NCBI GenBank assembly: GCA_039683575.1
Contig: JBDKRC010000210.1
Span: 1 to 23,513 of the forward strand
From: Armatimonadia bacterium
GTDB lineage: Bacteria > Armatimonadota > Zipacnadia > Zipacnadales > UBA11051
Direction: 5' to 3'
DNA: 23,513 bases
Positions within the stretch are counted from its first letter, which is position 1. Every line of letters begins with the position of its first letter. The translations under genes were made by a program, and so were the position numbers. A model generated the notes under the pieces. The model was not told the DNA's origin and made no database searches. It saw only the letters and a list, made by a program, of their open reading frames with translations. Positions 8,002 to 15,346 of the stretch are shown here, piece after piece.

Positions 8002-8058
8002 GTAGGACGGGCGGCTCGCCCGTCCCCGCTCTCCGCGTAGTGCGGGCGTCTCGCCCGC
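8002..8058 (+). repeat. Two tandem GTAG-tagged REP-like hairpins
   Basis: GTA-GGACGGGCG-GCT-CGCCCGTCC and GTAGT-GCGGGCG-TCT-CGCCCGC; 8034-8058 is identical to 6315-6339. Confidence 0.85.
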
Positions 8059-8095
8059 TCCGGCCGTTGTCTCTGCACTTCGACAAGCTATCGCA

Positions 8096-8182
8096 CAAAA
8101 TGGGGACGGAGCCTCTGCGCGCCAATACCTTTCGCTGTACTCACCAGTCCTATCGCCGCGCAGAGGCTCCGTCCCCATTTTG
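8096..8182. repeat. Perfect 26-bp inverted repeat with 35-nt spacer (MITE-like)
   Basis: CAAAATGGGGACGGAGCCTCTGCGCG (8096-8121) and CGCGCAGAGGCTCCGTCCCCATTTTG (8157-8182). Confidence 0.92.
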
Positions 8183-8237
8183 ACCGCCCCTCGTCAAACC
8201 AGGCCCCGTCTCCTCTCCCGCCCCACCCCCATGCCGT

Positions 8238-8334
8238 CATCCTTCTCATCCTTGCCTCTATCCTTCCCTCCTGTGAATTCTCCCTCTCCCGCCGTATCCT
8301 CCCCATCCGCCGTTCATCCTGTCCATCCTGACAA
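8238..8334 (+). repeat. ATCC 8-9-mer periodic repeat, copy B (two blocks)
   Basis: CTATCCTTCCCTCCTGTGAATTC is 21/23 identical to 712-734; GCCGTATCCTCCCCATCC is identical to 692-709; followed by CATCCTGTCCATCCTG. Confidence 0.75.
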
Positions 8335-8369
8335 GCTCTCCTCTCCCTCCTCCCAAATCCTCCCCGCCC

Positions 8370-8378
8370 GGTTATAAT
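8370..8378 (+). promoter_or_regulatory. Putative sigma70 -10 element for ispG
   Basis: GGTTATAAT with a perfect TATAAT at 8373-8378, 17 nt upstream of the ispG ATG in very GC-rich DNA; no clear -35. Confidence 0.55.
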
Positions 8379-8395
8379 GCCCCCCGGTATCCATT

Positions 8396-9481
8396 ATGCA
8401 CACCCAACCCACCTGGCCCCGCCGCCAAACCCGCGCCGTCCGCGTCGGCTCCCTCACCATCGGGGGCGACGCCGTGGTCTCCGTCCAGACCATGACGAAG
8501 ACCGATACGCGCGACGTGGACGCGACGGTGGCTCAGATCAAGGAACTCACCGCCGCCGGCGCTGACCTCGTGCGCCTCGCCATCCCAGACGCTGAGGCTG
8601 GCCGCGCCTTCGCCGCCATCCGCGAGCAGGTCAACGTGCCACTCGTGGCCGACATCCATTTTGACCACCGGCTGGCCATCGCCACCATTGAAGGCGGGGC
8701 CGACAAGATCCGCATCAATCCCGGCAACATCGGGGACGACTCCCGCCTCGGTCCGGTCATCGAGGCCGCCGCCGCGCGGAAGATCCCCATCCGCATCGGG
8801 GTCAACGCCGGGTCCCTTGAGAAGTCTCTGCTGGAGAAATACGGAGGCGCGACGCCGGAGGCCATCGCCGAGAGCGCTTTGGCCAATGTGGCCCGCGTTG
8901 AGGCTATGGGCTTCACTGACATCGTGGTCTCAATCAAGGCCTCCGATATATGGCGCACTGTTGTTGCCAACCGCCTGTTTGCCCGCGAAAATGACTACCC
9001 GCTGCACCTCGGCATCACCGAGGCCGGGCCGGGCGACGCGGGGATTGTCACGGCCGCTTCTGGCCTCGGCATACTGCTGTCAGAGGGCCTCGGCGATACG
9101 CTGAGGGTCTCCCTGACCGATCCTCCCGCCGTCGAGGTGGCGATTGGGCGGCAGGTGCTTTTGTCGCTTGGGTTGCTGCAAGGCCCACGGCTCGTATCCT
9201 GCCCCACCTGCGGGCGCTGCCGGGTTGACCTGCAGCCACTGGCGCGGCAGGTCCAGCAGGCCCTCGGCGACATCGAGGTGCCACTGGTCGTAGCGGTCAT
9301 GGGCTGCGAAGTAAACGGCCCGGGGGAGGCCAAAGAAGCAGACATCGGCCTCGCGGCAGGCAAGGACAAGGTCCTGCTCTTCCGCAAGGGCGAACCCCTC
9401 CATACCGTCCCGTTCGATGCGGCCTTCGATGCCCTGATGGCCGAAATTCACAAGATGCTGGAAGCCACCCAGCCCGAATAG
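8396..9481 (+). CDS. ispG: (E)-4-hydroxy-3-methylbut-2-enyl-diphosphate synthase
   Basis: VQTMT, PLVADIHFD, RINPGNIG, IRIGVNAGSL, YPLHLGITEAG, GDTLRVSL, SCPTCGR, MGCEVNGPGEA. Confidence 0.98.
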   Translation: MHTQPTWPRRQTRAVRVGSLTIGGDAVVSVQTMTKTDTRDVDATVAQIKELTAAGADLVRLAIPDAEAGRAFAAIREQVNVPLVADIHFDHRLAIATIEGGADKIRINPGNIGDDSRLGPVIEAAAARKIPIRIGVNAGSLEKSLLEKYGGATPEAIAESALANVARVEAMGFTDIVVSIKASDIWRTVVANRLFARENDYPLHLGITEAGPGDAGIVTAASGLGILLSEGLGDTLRVSLTDPPAVEVAIGRQVLLSLGLLQGPRLVSCPTCGRCRVDLQPLARQVQQALGDIEVPLVVAVMGCEVNGPGEAKEADIGLAAGKDKVLLFRKGEPLHTVPFDAAFDALMAEIHKMLEATQPE

Positions 9482-9485
9482 TCAT

Positions 9486-9556
9486 CTGTACGAGCGATCA
9501 CCGATCGCGACCAATCGCCGACCATGCCGCCTGTAGGAGCGCTCACCAGAGCGCGA
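9486..9556 (+). repeat. Two GTAG/GTAC-tagged REP-like hairpins
   Basis: CTGTACGA-GCGATC-ACC-GATCGC-GA and CTGTAGGA-GCGCTC-ACCA-GAGCGC-GA; the stems differ by a compensatory pair. Confidence 0.8.
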
Positions 9557-9587
9557 TCTGTCTGATCTGAGCAAGCGAGGTTTACCC

Positions 9588-11300
9588 GTGAGAGCCACTG
9601 AATACTATGCCCCAACCCTTCGCCAGGTCCCCAGCGAAGCGGAGATTCCCAGTCACCAACTCCTCCTCCGCGGCGGGTTCATCCGCCAACTGGCGGCGGG
9701 CGTGTTCAGCTTCCTGCCGCTGGGCCTGCGCGTCCTGCGCAACGTCGAGGCCATCATCCGCGAGGAGATGGACCGCGCCGGTGCCCATGAGGTCCTGATG
9801 CCCGTAATCCATCCCCAGGAGCTATGGGAGCGCAGCGGCCGTTGGACCAGCTTCGTCCCTGAGCCGCTCAAGACCAAGGACCGCGGCGGACGCTGGTTCC
9901 TGCTCGCCCCGACGCACGAGGAAGCCGTCACGGACCTGGTTAACCAGGACGTGACCTCCTACCGCGAACTGCCGGTGACGCTGTACCAGATCCAGCAGAA
10001 ATTCCGCGACGAGGCCCGCCCCCGCGCCGGCCTGATTCGTTCCCGCGAGTTCCTCATGAAGGACGCCTACAGCTTCGACGTGGACCGCGCGGGGCTCGAC
10101 GTCTCCTTCGAGAAGATGTACGGCGCGTATACCCGTTTGTTTGAGCGCATGGCCCTCGACGTGCTCGTCGTCGAGGCCGAGGCCGGTGCCATTGGTGGCT
10201 TCGGGACCAGGGAGTTCATGCTGCCCACGCCCAACGGCGAGGACACGATTATGCAGTGCGACAAGTGCGGCTACGCCTCCAATCTGGAGTGCGCGGTAAG
10301 CAAGCCGGTGGCAGGCGAGAAGCCGGGCGAGGCTGGGGAGCCGGAGCTTGTTGAGACGCCTGAGGCGCGGAGCATCGAGGCGGTTACCGCGATGCTGCGA
10401 GTGCCCGCCTGCTCATTGATCAAGACGCTGCTCTACAAGGCCGAGGATCGCTTCGTGGCGGCGCTGGTGCGCGGCGACCGGCAGCTCAATGAGCTCAAGC
10501 TCGCCCGGGCGCTGGAGGGCGCGACCTTCCGCATGTGCGAGCCCGAGGAGATCAGGGAACTGACCGGGGCCGACGTGGGCTTCAGCGGCCCGGTGGGCCT
10601 GCCGGAGTCGGTGGAGATCATCGCTGACGACGAAGTCATGCTCATGGGCGAGGCGGTCGTGGGCGCCAACAAGAGCCACGCGCACCTCAAGGGCGTACAT
10701 GTCGGCGTGCATTTCACCCCGACGCGCACGGCGGACCTGCGCGAGGCTGCGGCGGACGACGCCTGCTGTCACTGCGAGGGCGGCTGGCTGAAGGCCGTCC
10801 GCGGCATTGAGCTGGGCCACGTCTTCAAGCTCGGGACCAAGTACTCCGAGGCCCTGGGCGCGCTCTACACCGACGAGGCGGGCGCCCAGCATCCGATGGT
10901 CATGGGCTGCTACGGCATCGGCGTGAGCCGCATCATCTCCGGCCTCGTGGAGCAGTGGCACGACGAGAGCGGCATCCAGTGGCCGCTGTCGGTGGCACCG
11001 TTCCAGGTCGCGGTCTTGCTGCTCGACCCGAAGAACGAAGACGTCGTCAAGGCCGCCGAGGGGCTCTATGAGGGGCTGCAGGGCCAAGGGTATGAAGTGC
11101 TGCTCGACGACCGCGATGAGCGGCCGGGCGTGAAGTTCAAGGATTCGGAATTGATCGGCTATCCGCTGGTGGTAGTGGTGGGCAAAAAGACCGCGCAGGA
11201 GGGTCTGGTGGAGGTACGGCGGCGCAAGGACAAGGCGGAGGAGATCGTGCCGGTGGCCGAGGCGCTGGCGGCCGTGGCGAGGATGGCCGAGGAGGCGTAG
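9588..11300 (+). CDS. proS: Proline--tRNA ligase, bacterial type with INS editing domain
   Basis: SHQLLLRGGFIRQ, PTHEE, KFRDEARPRAGLIRSREFLMKDAYSF, GIELGHVFKLGTKYS, MGCYGIGVSR, DDRDERPGVKF; GTG start with GAGG RBS. Confidence 0.98.
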   Translation: MRATEYYAPTLRQVPSEAEIPSHQLLLRGGFIRQLAAGVFSFLPLGLRVLRNVEAIIREEMDRAGAHEVLMPVIHPQELWERSGRWTSFVPEPLKTKDRGGRWFLLAPTHEEAVTDLVNQDVTSYRELPVTLYQIQQKFRDEARPRAGLIRSREFLMKDAYSFDVDRAGLDVSFEKMYGAYTRLFERMALDVLVVEAEAGAIGGFGTREFMLPTPNGEDTIMQCDKCGYASNLECAVSKPVAGEKPGEAGEPELVETPEARSIEAVTAMLRVPACSLIKTLLYKAEDRFVAALVRGDRQLNELKLARALEGATFRMCEPEEIRELTGADVGFSGPVGLPESVEIIADDEVMLMGEAVVGANKSHAHLKGVHVGVHFTPTRTADLREAAADDACCHCEGGWLKAVRGIELGHVFKLGTKYSEALGALYTDEAGAQHPMVMGCYGIGVSRIISGLVEQWHDESGIQWPLSVAPFQVAVLLLDPKNEDVVKAAEGLYEGLQGQGYEVLLDDRDERPGVKFKDSELIGYPLVVVVGKKTAQEGLVEVRRRKDKAEEIVPVAEALAAVARMAEEA

Positions 11301-11328
11301 AGGGGGAGAGGCGGGGCGTTCATCTGGC

Positions 11329-11415
11329 TGTCATCCTGAGCGCAGCGAAGGATCTCGGCTTCGCGTCCGCTAGCTGTGGTGCCGCTCAAGATTCTTCGCT
11401 TCGCTCAGAATGACA
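11329..11415. repeat. TGTC-ended long palindromic element (no inserted hairpin)
   Basis: TGTCATCCTGAGCGCAGCGAAGGATCT...AGATTCTTCGCTTCGCTCAGAATGACA. Confidence 0.92.
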
Positions 11416-11455
11416 AGGGTTGGTGGGGGGCGAAGAGATGCCGAGGGAGGGTCTG

Positions 11456-12418
11456 ATGGGGCACCGGACTGACTGGTTCCGCGACGCCGGCTTTGGCGTG
11501 TTCTGTCACTATCTGGCTGATACGGCCAGTAACAGCGCGCCTACTGAGCTTTCCAGCGAGGACTGGAACCGGCGGGTTGAGGGGTTTGATACCGCCGCCT
11601 TCGCCGACCAGATCGAGAGTACCGGGGCCCGCTTTTGCTTCCTGACCATCGGGCAGAACTCCGGGTTCTTTTGCGCGCCGAATGAGACTTATGATGAGTT
11701 GGTGGAAATCGCGCCGTCGAAGCTTTCGCGGCGCGATTTGGTTTCTGATATCTGGGAGGCTTTGCAGCCCCGAGGGGTTGAGCTCCTGGTCTATCTGCCC
11801 GCGGGTGCGCCGGCTGCTGATCCCGTGGCTGTGGAGCGGCTTGGCTGGGAATGGGGCTTTGAGGGCGGGTGGCCGGGTGGGTGGCAGACGCGGACCGGCA
11901 AGCGGCTGGCCGAGTTCCAGGTGAAGTGGGAAGCGATCATCCGCGACTGGTCCACGCGCTTTGGGGAGAAGGTGCGCGGGTGGTGGATTGACGGGTGCTA
12001 CTTCCCCGATGAGATGTACCGGCACCCCGAGGCCCCCAACTTCGAGAGCTTCGCGGCGGCGCTCAGGGCGGGTAACCCCGAAAGCATCGTGGCCTTCAAC
12101 CCCGGCGTGAAGTACCCCATCATCACCATGACCGAACACGAGGACTACACGGCGGGTGAGATCAACGAGGTGGAGAAGATACGGTGCGAGGGCCGGTGGC
12201 TGGAGCACGCGCAGTGGCACATGCTGAGCTACTTGGGCCAGACGTGGGGGAAGGGCAGCCCGCGGTATGGCGACGAGCAGGTGCTCGACTGGACGCGGGA
12301 CATCATCACCCACGAGGGCGTAGTGTCGTGGGACGTGCCGATTGGACCTGGTGGGGAGATACCGGACGAGTTTTTGAGGCAGCTACGGGCGATTGGGGGA
12401 GGGCTGGGGCTGAGGTAG
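11456..12418 (+). CDS. GH29 (alpha-L-fucosidase)-like TIM-barrel glycoside hydrolase, divergent
   Basis: DWFRDAGFGVFCHY, FDTAAFADQIESTGARFCFLT, RDLV, GWWIDG and NPESIVAFN follow the GH29 motif order; ATG 11456 has a GGAGG RBS; no signal peptide. Confidence 0.7.
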   Translation: MGHRTDWFRDAGFGVFCHYLADTASNSAPTELSSEDWNRRVEGFDTAAFADQIESTGARFCFLTIGQNSGFFCAPNETYDELVEIAPSKLSRRDLVSDIWEALQPRGVELLVYLPAGAPAADPVAVERLGWEWGFEGGWPGGWQTRTGKRLAEFQVKWEAIIRDWSTRFGEKVRGWWIDGCYFPDEMYRHPEAPNFESFAAALRAGNPESIVAFNPGVKYPIITMTEHEDYTAGEINEVEKIRCEGRWLEHAQWHMLSYLGQTWGKGSPRYGDEQVLDWTRDIITHEGVVSWDVPIGPGGEIPDEFLRQLRAIGGGLGLR

Positions 12419-12430
12419 ATGAAGCGTGTT

Positions 12431-12471
12431 GTCAAAATGGGGACGGAGCCGAGCAATCGGCTCCGTCTCCA
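12431..12471. terminator. 15-bp GC hairpin between convergent genes; member of the GGGGACGGAGCC repeat family
   Basis: TGGGGACGGAGCCGA-GCAA-TCGGCTCCGTCTCCA; on the minus strand the stem is followed by TTTT. Confidence 0.65.
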
Positions 12472-12492
12472 CGAGTCGGCGTGACGTCAGGG

Positions 12493-13149
12493 TTACAGCT
12501 TGATCGCGCGGAAGTTGCAGGCCATGGGGCTGCCCGGGAAGGCCATTATTCGATATAGCGGGTCCATGCGGTAGCCGAGCTTGACCGGTGTGACCCGGTA
12601 GCTGCCTGCCTTGAGGCCGGTGAAGGTGAAGCGGCCCTCGGCGTTGGTCTTCACGGTGAGTATTGTGACGCCTTCTTTGGTCAGCCGAACTTCGGCACCG
12701 GCAAGGGCGACATCGTTGGCCTTGATGAGACCGGAGATGCTGTAGGTCTCGGTGGCGGAAGTCACTCGCAGGCCGGTGTACCACTCCGCGGCGGTCGGAC
12801 CGGGCTTGCGCAGGGCCAGGGTGCCAGTCTGGAAGCGGAAGCGATACCTATGGGCGCCGGGCGCGAGCTTGGTCTCGTAGACGTAGAGAGCGCCACCATT
12901 GGCGACGCTGACTTTGCGCATCGGGAGCACCGCGGCATCAAGATGCACGTCGTGTATAGTCGGCTCAGCGGCGCCGTAGTAGACGATGGAGAAGCGAAAG
13001 GTAGTGGCGGTAGTGCCCGTTGAGGGCGTGCAACTGGGGGCGTCAAGACGAGGGGCCAGCTCAGCGAAGGCGGTGCCTGCCATGAGAACGAATACGGCGA
13101 GCAGCGCGGCAGCAACCAAACCAGAATGAACCAGACGACTGAGACGCAA
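12493..13149 (-). CDS. Secreted protein with C-terminal carboxypeptidase-regulatory-like (prealbumin-like) domain
   Basis: TTG start behind GGAGGTG; signal peptide ending AFA-E; beta-rich N domain (PSTGTTATTFRFSIVY); C domain YSISG...LAGAEVRL...TNAEGRFTFTGLKAGSYRVTPVKLGY. Confidence 0.8.
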   Translation of the reverse strand: MRLSRLVHSGLVAAALLAVFVLMAGTAFAELAPRLDAPSCTPSTGTTATTFRFSIVYYGAAEPTIHDVHLDAAVLPMRKVSVANGGALYVYETKLAPGAHRYRFRFQTGTLALRKPGPTAAEWYTGLRVTSATETYSISGLIKANDVALAGAEVRLTKEGVTILTVKTNAEGRFTFTGLKAGSYRVTPVKLGYRMDPLYRIMAFPGSPMACNFRAIKL

Positions 13150-13316
13150 ACCAATCACCTCCCAGGACGTTTGCCTGCTGAGGCCTTCTACAAGAGGCCA
13201 GGCCAAAGTGCGGCAGAATAATCTGCCTGCATAGGGCAGCATACCCAGGCAAGTTGTGGGCAAACCTTGAGTTTTGGGGTGAGGGAGAGGGGGAGGCGGG
13301 TTGCGAAGCGATAGGG

Positions 13317-13341
13317 GTGTGGGTTCGGGACGAACCCACAC
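13317..13341. repeat. Perfect 11-bp hairpin with the REP core shared with 20797-20822
   Basis: GTGTGGGTTCG-GGA-CGAACCCACAC. Confidence 0.75.
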
Positions 13342-13389
13342 GGGAGGGTGGGGTGAGATGGGGCTGGTGAGACGGATCTTATTGGACAG

Positions 13390-14013
13390 GTGAACGACAT
13401 GGATTTCGACGCTGCCGTAGCCGCCATGGCCGAGATGTCTACTGCCATTATCAGTGACGCGATGTTTCGGATGGGGAACAAGGACCGGACGATGCGGGCG
13501 CGGATCAAGCCCGTGGACCCCTCAATGAAGGTAGCAGGGCCGGCCTGCACCGCCCATGCCTATCCCGGCGCGACCTATGCGAGCGGGCTGGCCATGGAGG
13601 CGGCCAAGCCCGGGGATGTCATCGTGATCGATGCCCAGGGGGTTCTGGAGGCGATCATGTGGGGGGAGATCTTCAGCACGATGGCCATGGTGAAGGGTGT
13701 CGCAGGGACGATCGTTGATGGGGCAGTGCGGGACATCGCGGAGATCAAAGAACTGGGATACCCGTTGTTTGGGGCAGGGGTTCATCCCGCGGCCGGTACG
13801 AGCGACAAGCTCGGCAAGGTCAACATCCCCATTCAGTGTGGCGGCGTCGTGGTGCGGCCGGGCGACTACGTGTTTGGTGACCTGCTCGGCGTGGTCGTAG
13901 TGCCGCCGGAGGAACTGCTGGACGTGTACGCGTGGTGTGAGGACGTGCTGGCCAAGGAAGCCAAGATCAAGGCGGACCTGCACGAGCAGCTCAAGGCCAA
14001 GGGATTGCGCTAA
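13390..14013 (+). CDS. RraA family / HMG-CHA aldolase-like protein
   Basis: STAIISDAM, VAGPACT, KPGDVIVID, AIMWGE, IVDGAVRD, CGGVVVRPGDYVFGD. Confidence 0.92.
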   Translation: MNDMDFDAAVAAMAEMSTAIISDAMFRMGNKDRTMRARIKPVDPSMKVAGPACTAHAYPGATYASGLAMEAAKPGDVIVIDAQGVLEAIMWGEIFSTMAMVKGVAGTIVDGAVRDIAEIKELGYPLFGAGVHPAAGTSDKLGKVNIPIQCGGVVVRPGDYVFGDLLGVVVVPPEELLDVYAWCEDVLAKEAKIKADLHEQLKAKGLR

Positions 14014-14028
14014 GCGCGGGGTCTCTCC

Positions 14029-15021
14029 CTACTGCACGTACACCGGTGTGCCCACTGGCACCATCTCCCATAGGATGCGTGCGTCGCTCCTGTGCTGGCG
14101 GATGCAGCCGTGGGAAGCGGGGCCGCCCAGGCGGCTGTAGAAGGGCGGGCTGGTGGCGTGGATGCCGTGGCTGCCCGAGGACGTGATTTGCAGCCAGTAG
14201 TACATGACGACGTCATACATCCGGCTCACAGGGGCGTAGGCCTTGCTGAAGACGCGGCCCATGGCCCCGCGGCTGCCGCGCGAACCCGGACGCATGTTGG
14301 GCGTGGTAAAGCCACGCGCCGCCGTGGAGACCATGTGCATGCGCTTGACCTGCCCACCGCGCAGGTACCACAGGCGCTGACGGGCCTTGCTGACCACGAT
14401 GCAGTGGTCCGGCTTATCGACGCAAACGGCCGGGAGGAACCCGTACTCGGCTTCGGCGAAAGTAAGCTCCTTACCGGCGGCGTCGTAGCCAACGAGGCGG
14501 AGTTTCAGGCCTGGGGCATCCAGCCACGGGGCCGCCCAGACGTGCTTTCCATCATTCTTCATCTTGCCGATGGTGCCGCCGAAAGTCCCGCGGGAGTTTC
14601 CACCCAGCTTGCACTTTTCCCCCTCGTACGTCAGGCGAACTTGCGCGATATGGCCGGAGGTGTTCCAGACGATGGTCTGGCCGCCTTCATTGATCTGGCC
14701 ACCAGGGGCGGGATAGGCGAAGCTGAGGGCGGGCGGGGCAGCCGGGTCAAAGCGTGGCGCCGGGACCGGCGGGGGCACCGGGCGTCTGACCACAGGCGCA
14801 ACCCGAGCAGGCGGCTGGTGCTTGAGCAGCATCGGCTGGAGCTTGCTCGCGGGTCGCAACGGGGGCTGGGTAGGCTGAGGCGTATCAGGTGGCAGGCTGC
14901 TGCCGCCGTAGAGCAGGGCCGGGTCGAGGTTGTCCTGAGGACTGGAAGCGGACTCGGCGTGAACGAATGAAAGACTAAGGGTGGCTGTGATGAGGGCTGC
15001 GACCAAGATTGCGAAACGCAT
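14029..15021 (-). CDS. Secreted L,D-transpeptidase (YkuD family)
   Basis: Signal peptide from MRFAIL, Pro-rich linker, C-terminal IVVSKARQRL...VSTA...HGIHAT...ASHGCIR...VPVGTPVYV. Confidence 0.9.
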   Translation of the reverse strand: MRFAILVAALITATLSLSFVHAESASSPQDNLDPALLYGGSSLPPDTPQPTQPPLRPASKLQPMLLKHQPPARVAPVVRRPVPPPVPAPRFDPAAPPALSFAYPAPGGQINEGGQTIVWNTSGHIAQVRLTYEGEKCKLGGNSRGTFGGTIGKMKNDGKHVWAAPWLDAPGLKLRLVGYDAAGKELTFAEAEYGFLPAVCVDKPDHCIVVSKARQRLWYLRGGQVKRMHMVSTAARGFTTPNMRPGSRGSRGAMGRVFSKAYAPVSRMYDVVMYYWLQITSSGSHGIHATSPPFYSRLGGPASHGCIRQHRSDARILWEMVPVGTPVYVQ

Positions 15022-15242
15022 GTAAACAAAATCATCCCAGGTTACGAATTGCGGCGGGAACACCTGGCAGAACTGCGGCATTTCCCTGCGCCAGAATACC
15101 ACGACAACGGCGTTCCTTCAAGGCGTTGTACGGGAGCGGCTTGCTCAGAGATCAGACATCGGACAAGAGGGCGACGGTCGGATGTCTGGCCCTGCGGCGG
15201 CGGAACTGACGTAATCGTGGGGTGTTGTTATGTTTTTTGAGG

Positions 15243-15271
15243 TTCATCTTCGTAGCGGGAAGGGTTATAAT
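15243..15271 (+). promoter_or_regulatory. Putative sigma70 promoter of the OPX-PCP operon
   Basis: TATAAT at 15266-15271 with a weak -35 (TTCATC) 17 nt upstream. Confidence 0.55.
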
Positions 15272-15346
15272 CCCCGGCGCCGAAAACGAATGTAACAGCA
15301 AAGGTGGGCAAGCAGCCTGCCGTCTGCCTAGAGGTCGTCCCCAGCC

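Noticed and set aside
9482-9587. T-box leader or oriC upstream of proS
   Set aside because: Only 106 nt, occupied by two REP hairpins; no T-box consensus, DnaA boxes or AT-rich region.
13258-13300. GGGCAAACC resembling the start of a c-di-GMP-I riboswitch
   Set aside because: No GAAA tetraloop stem or GGGACGCAAA segment follows.
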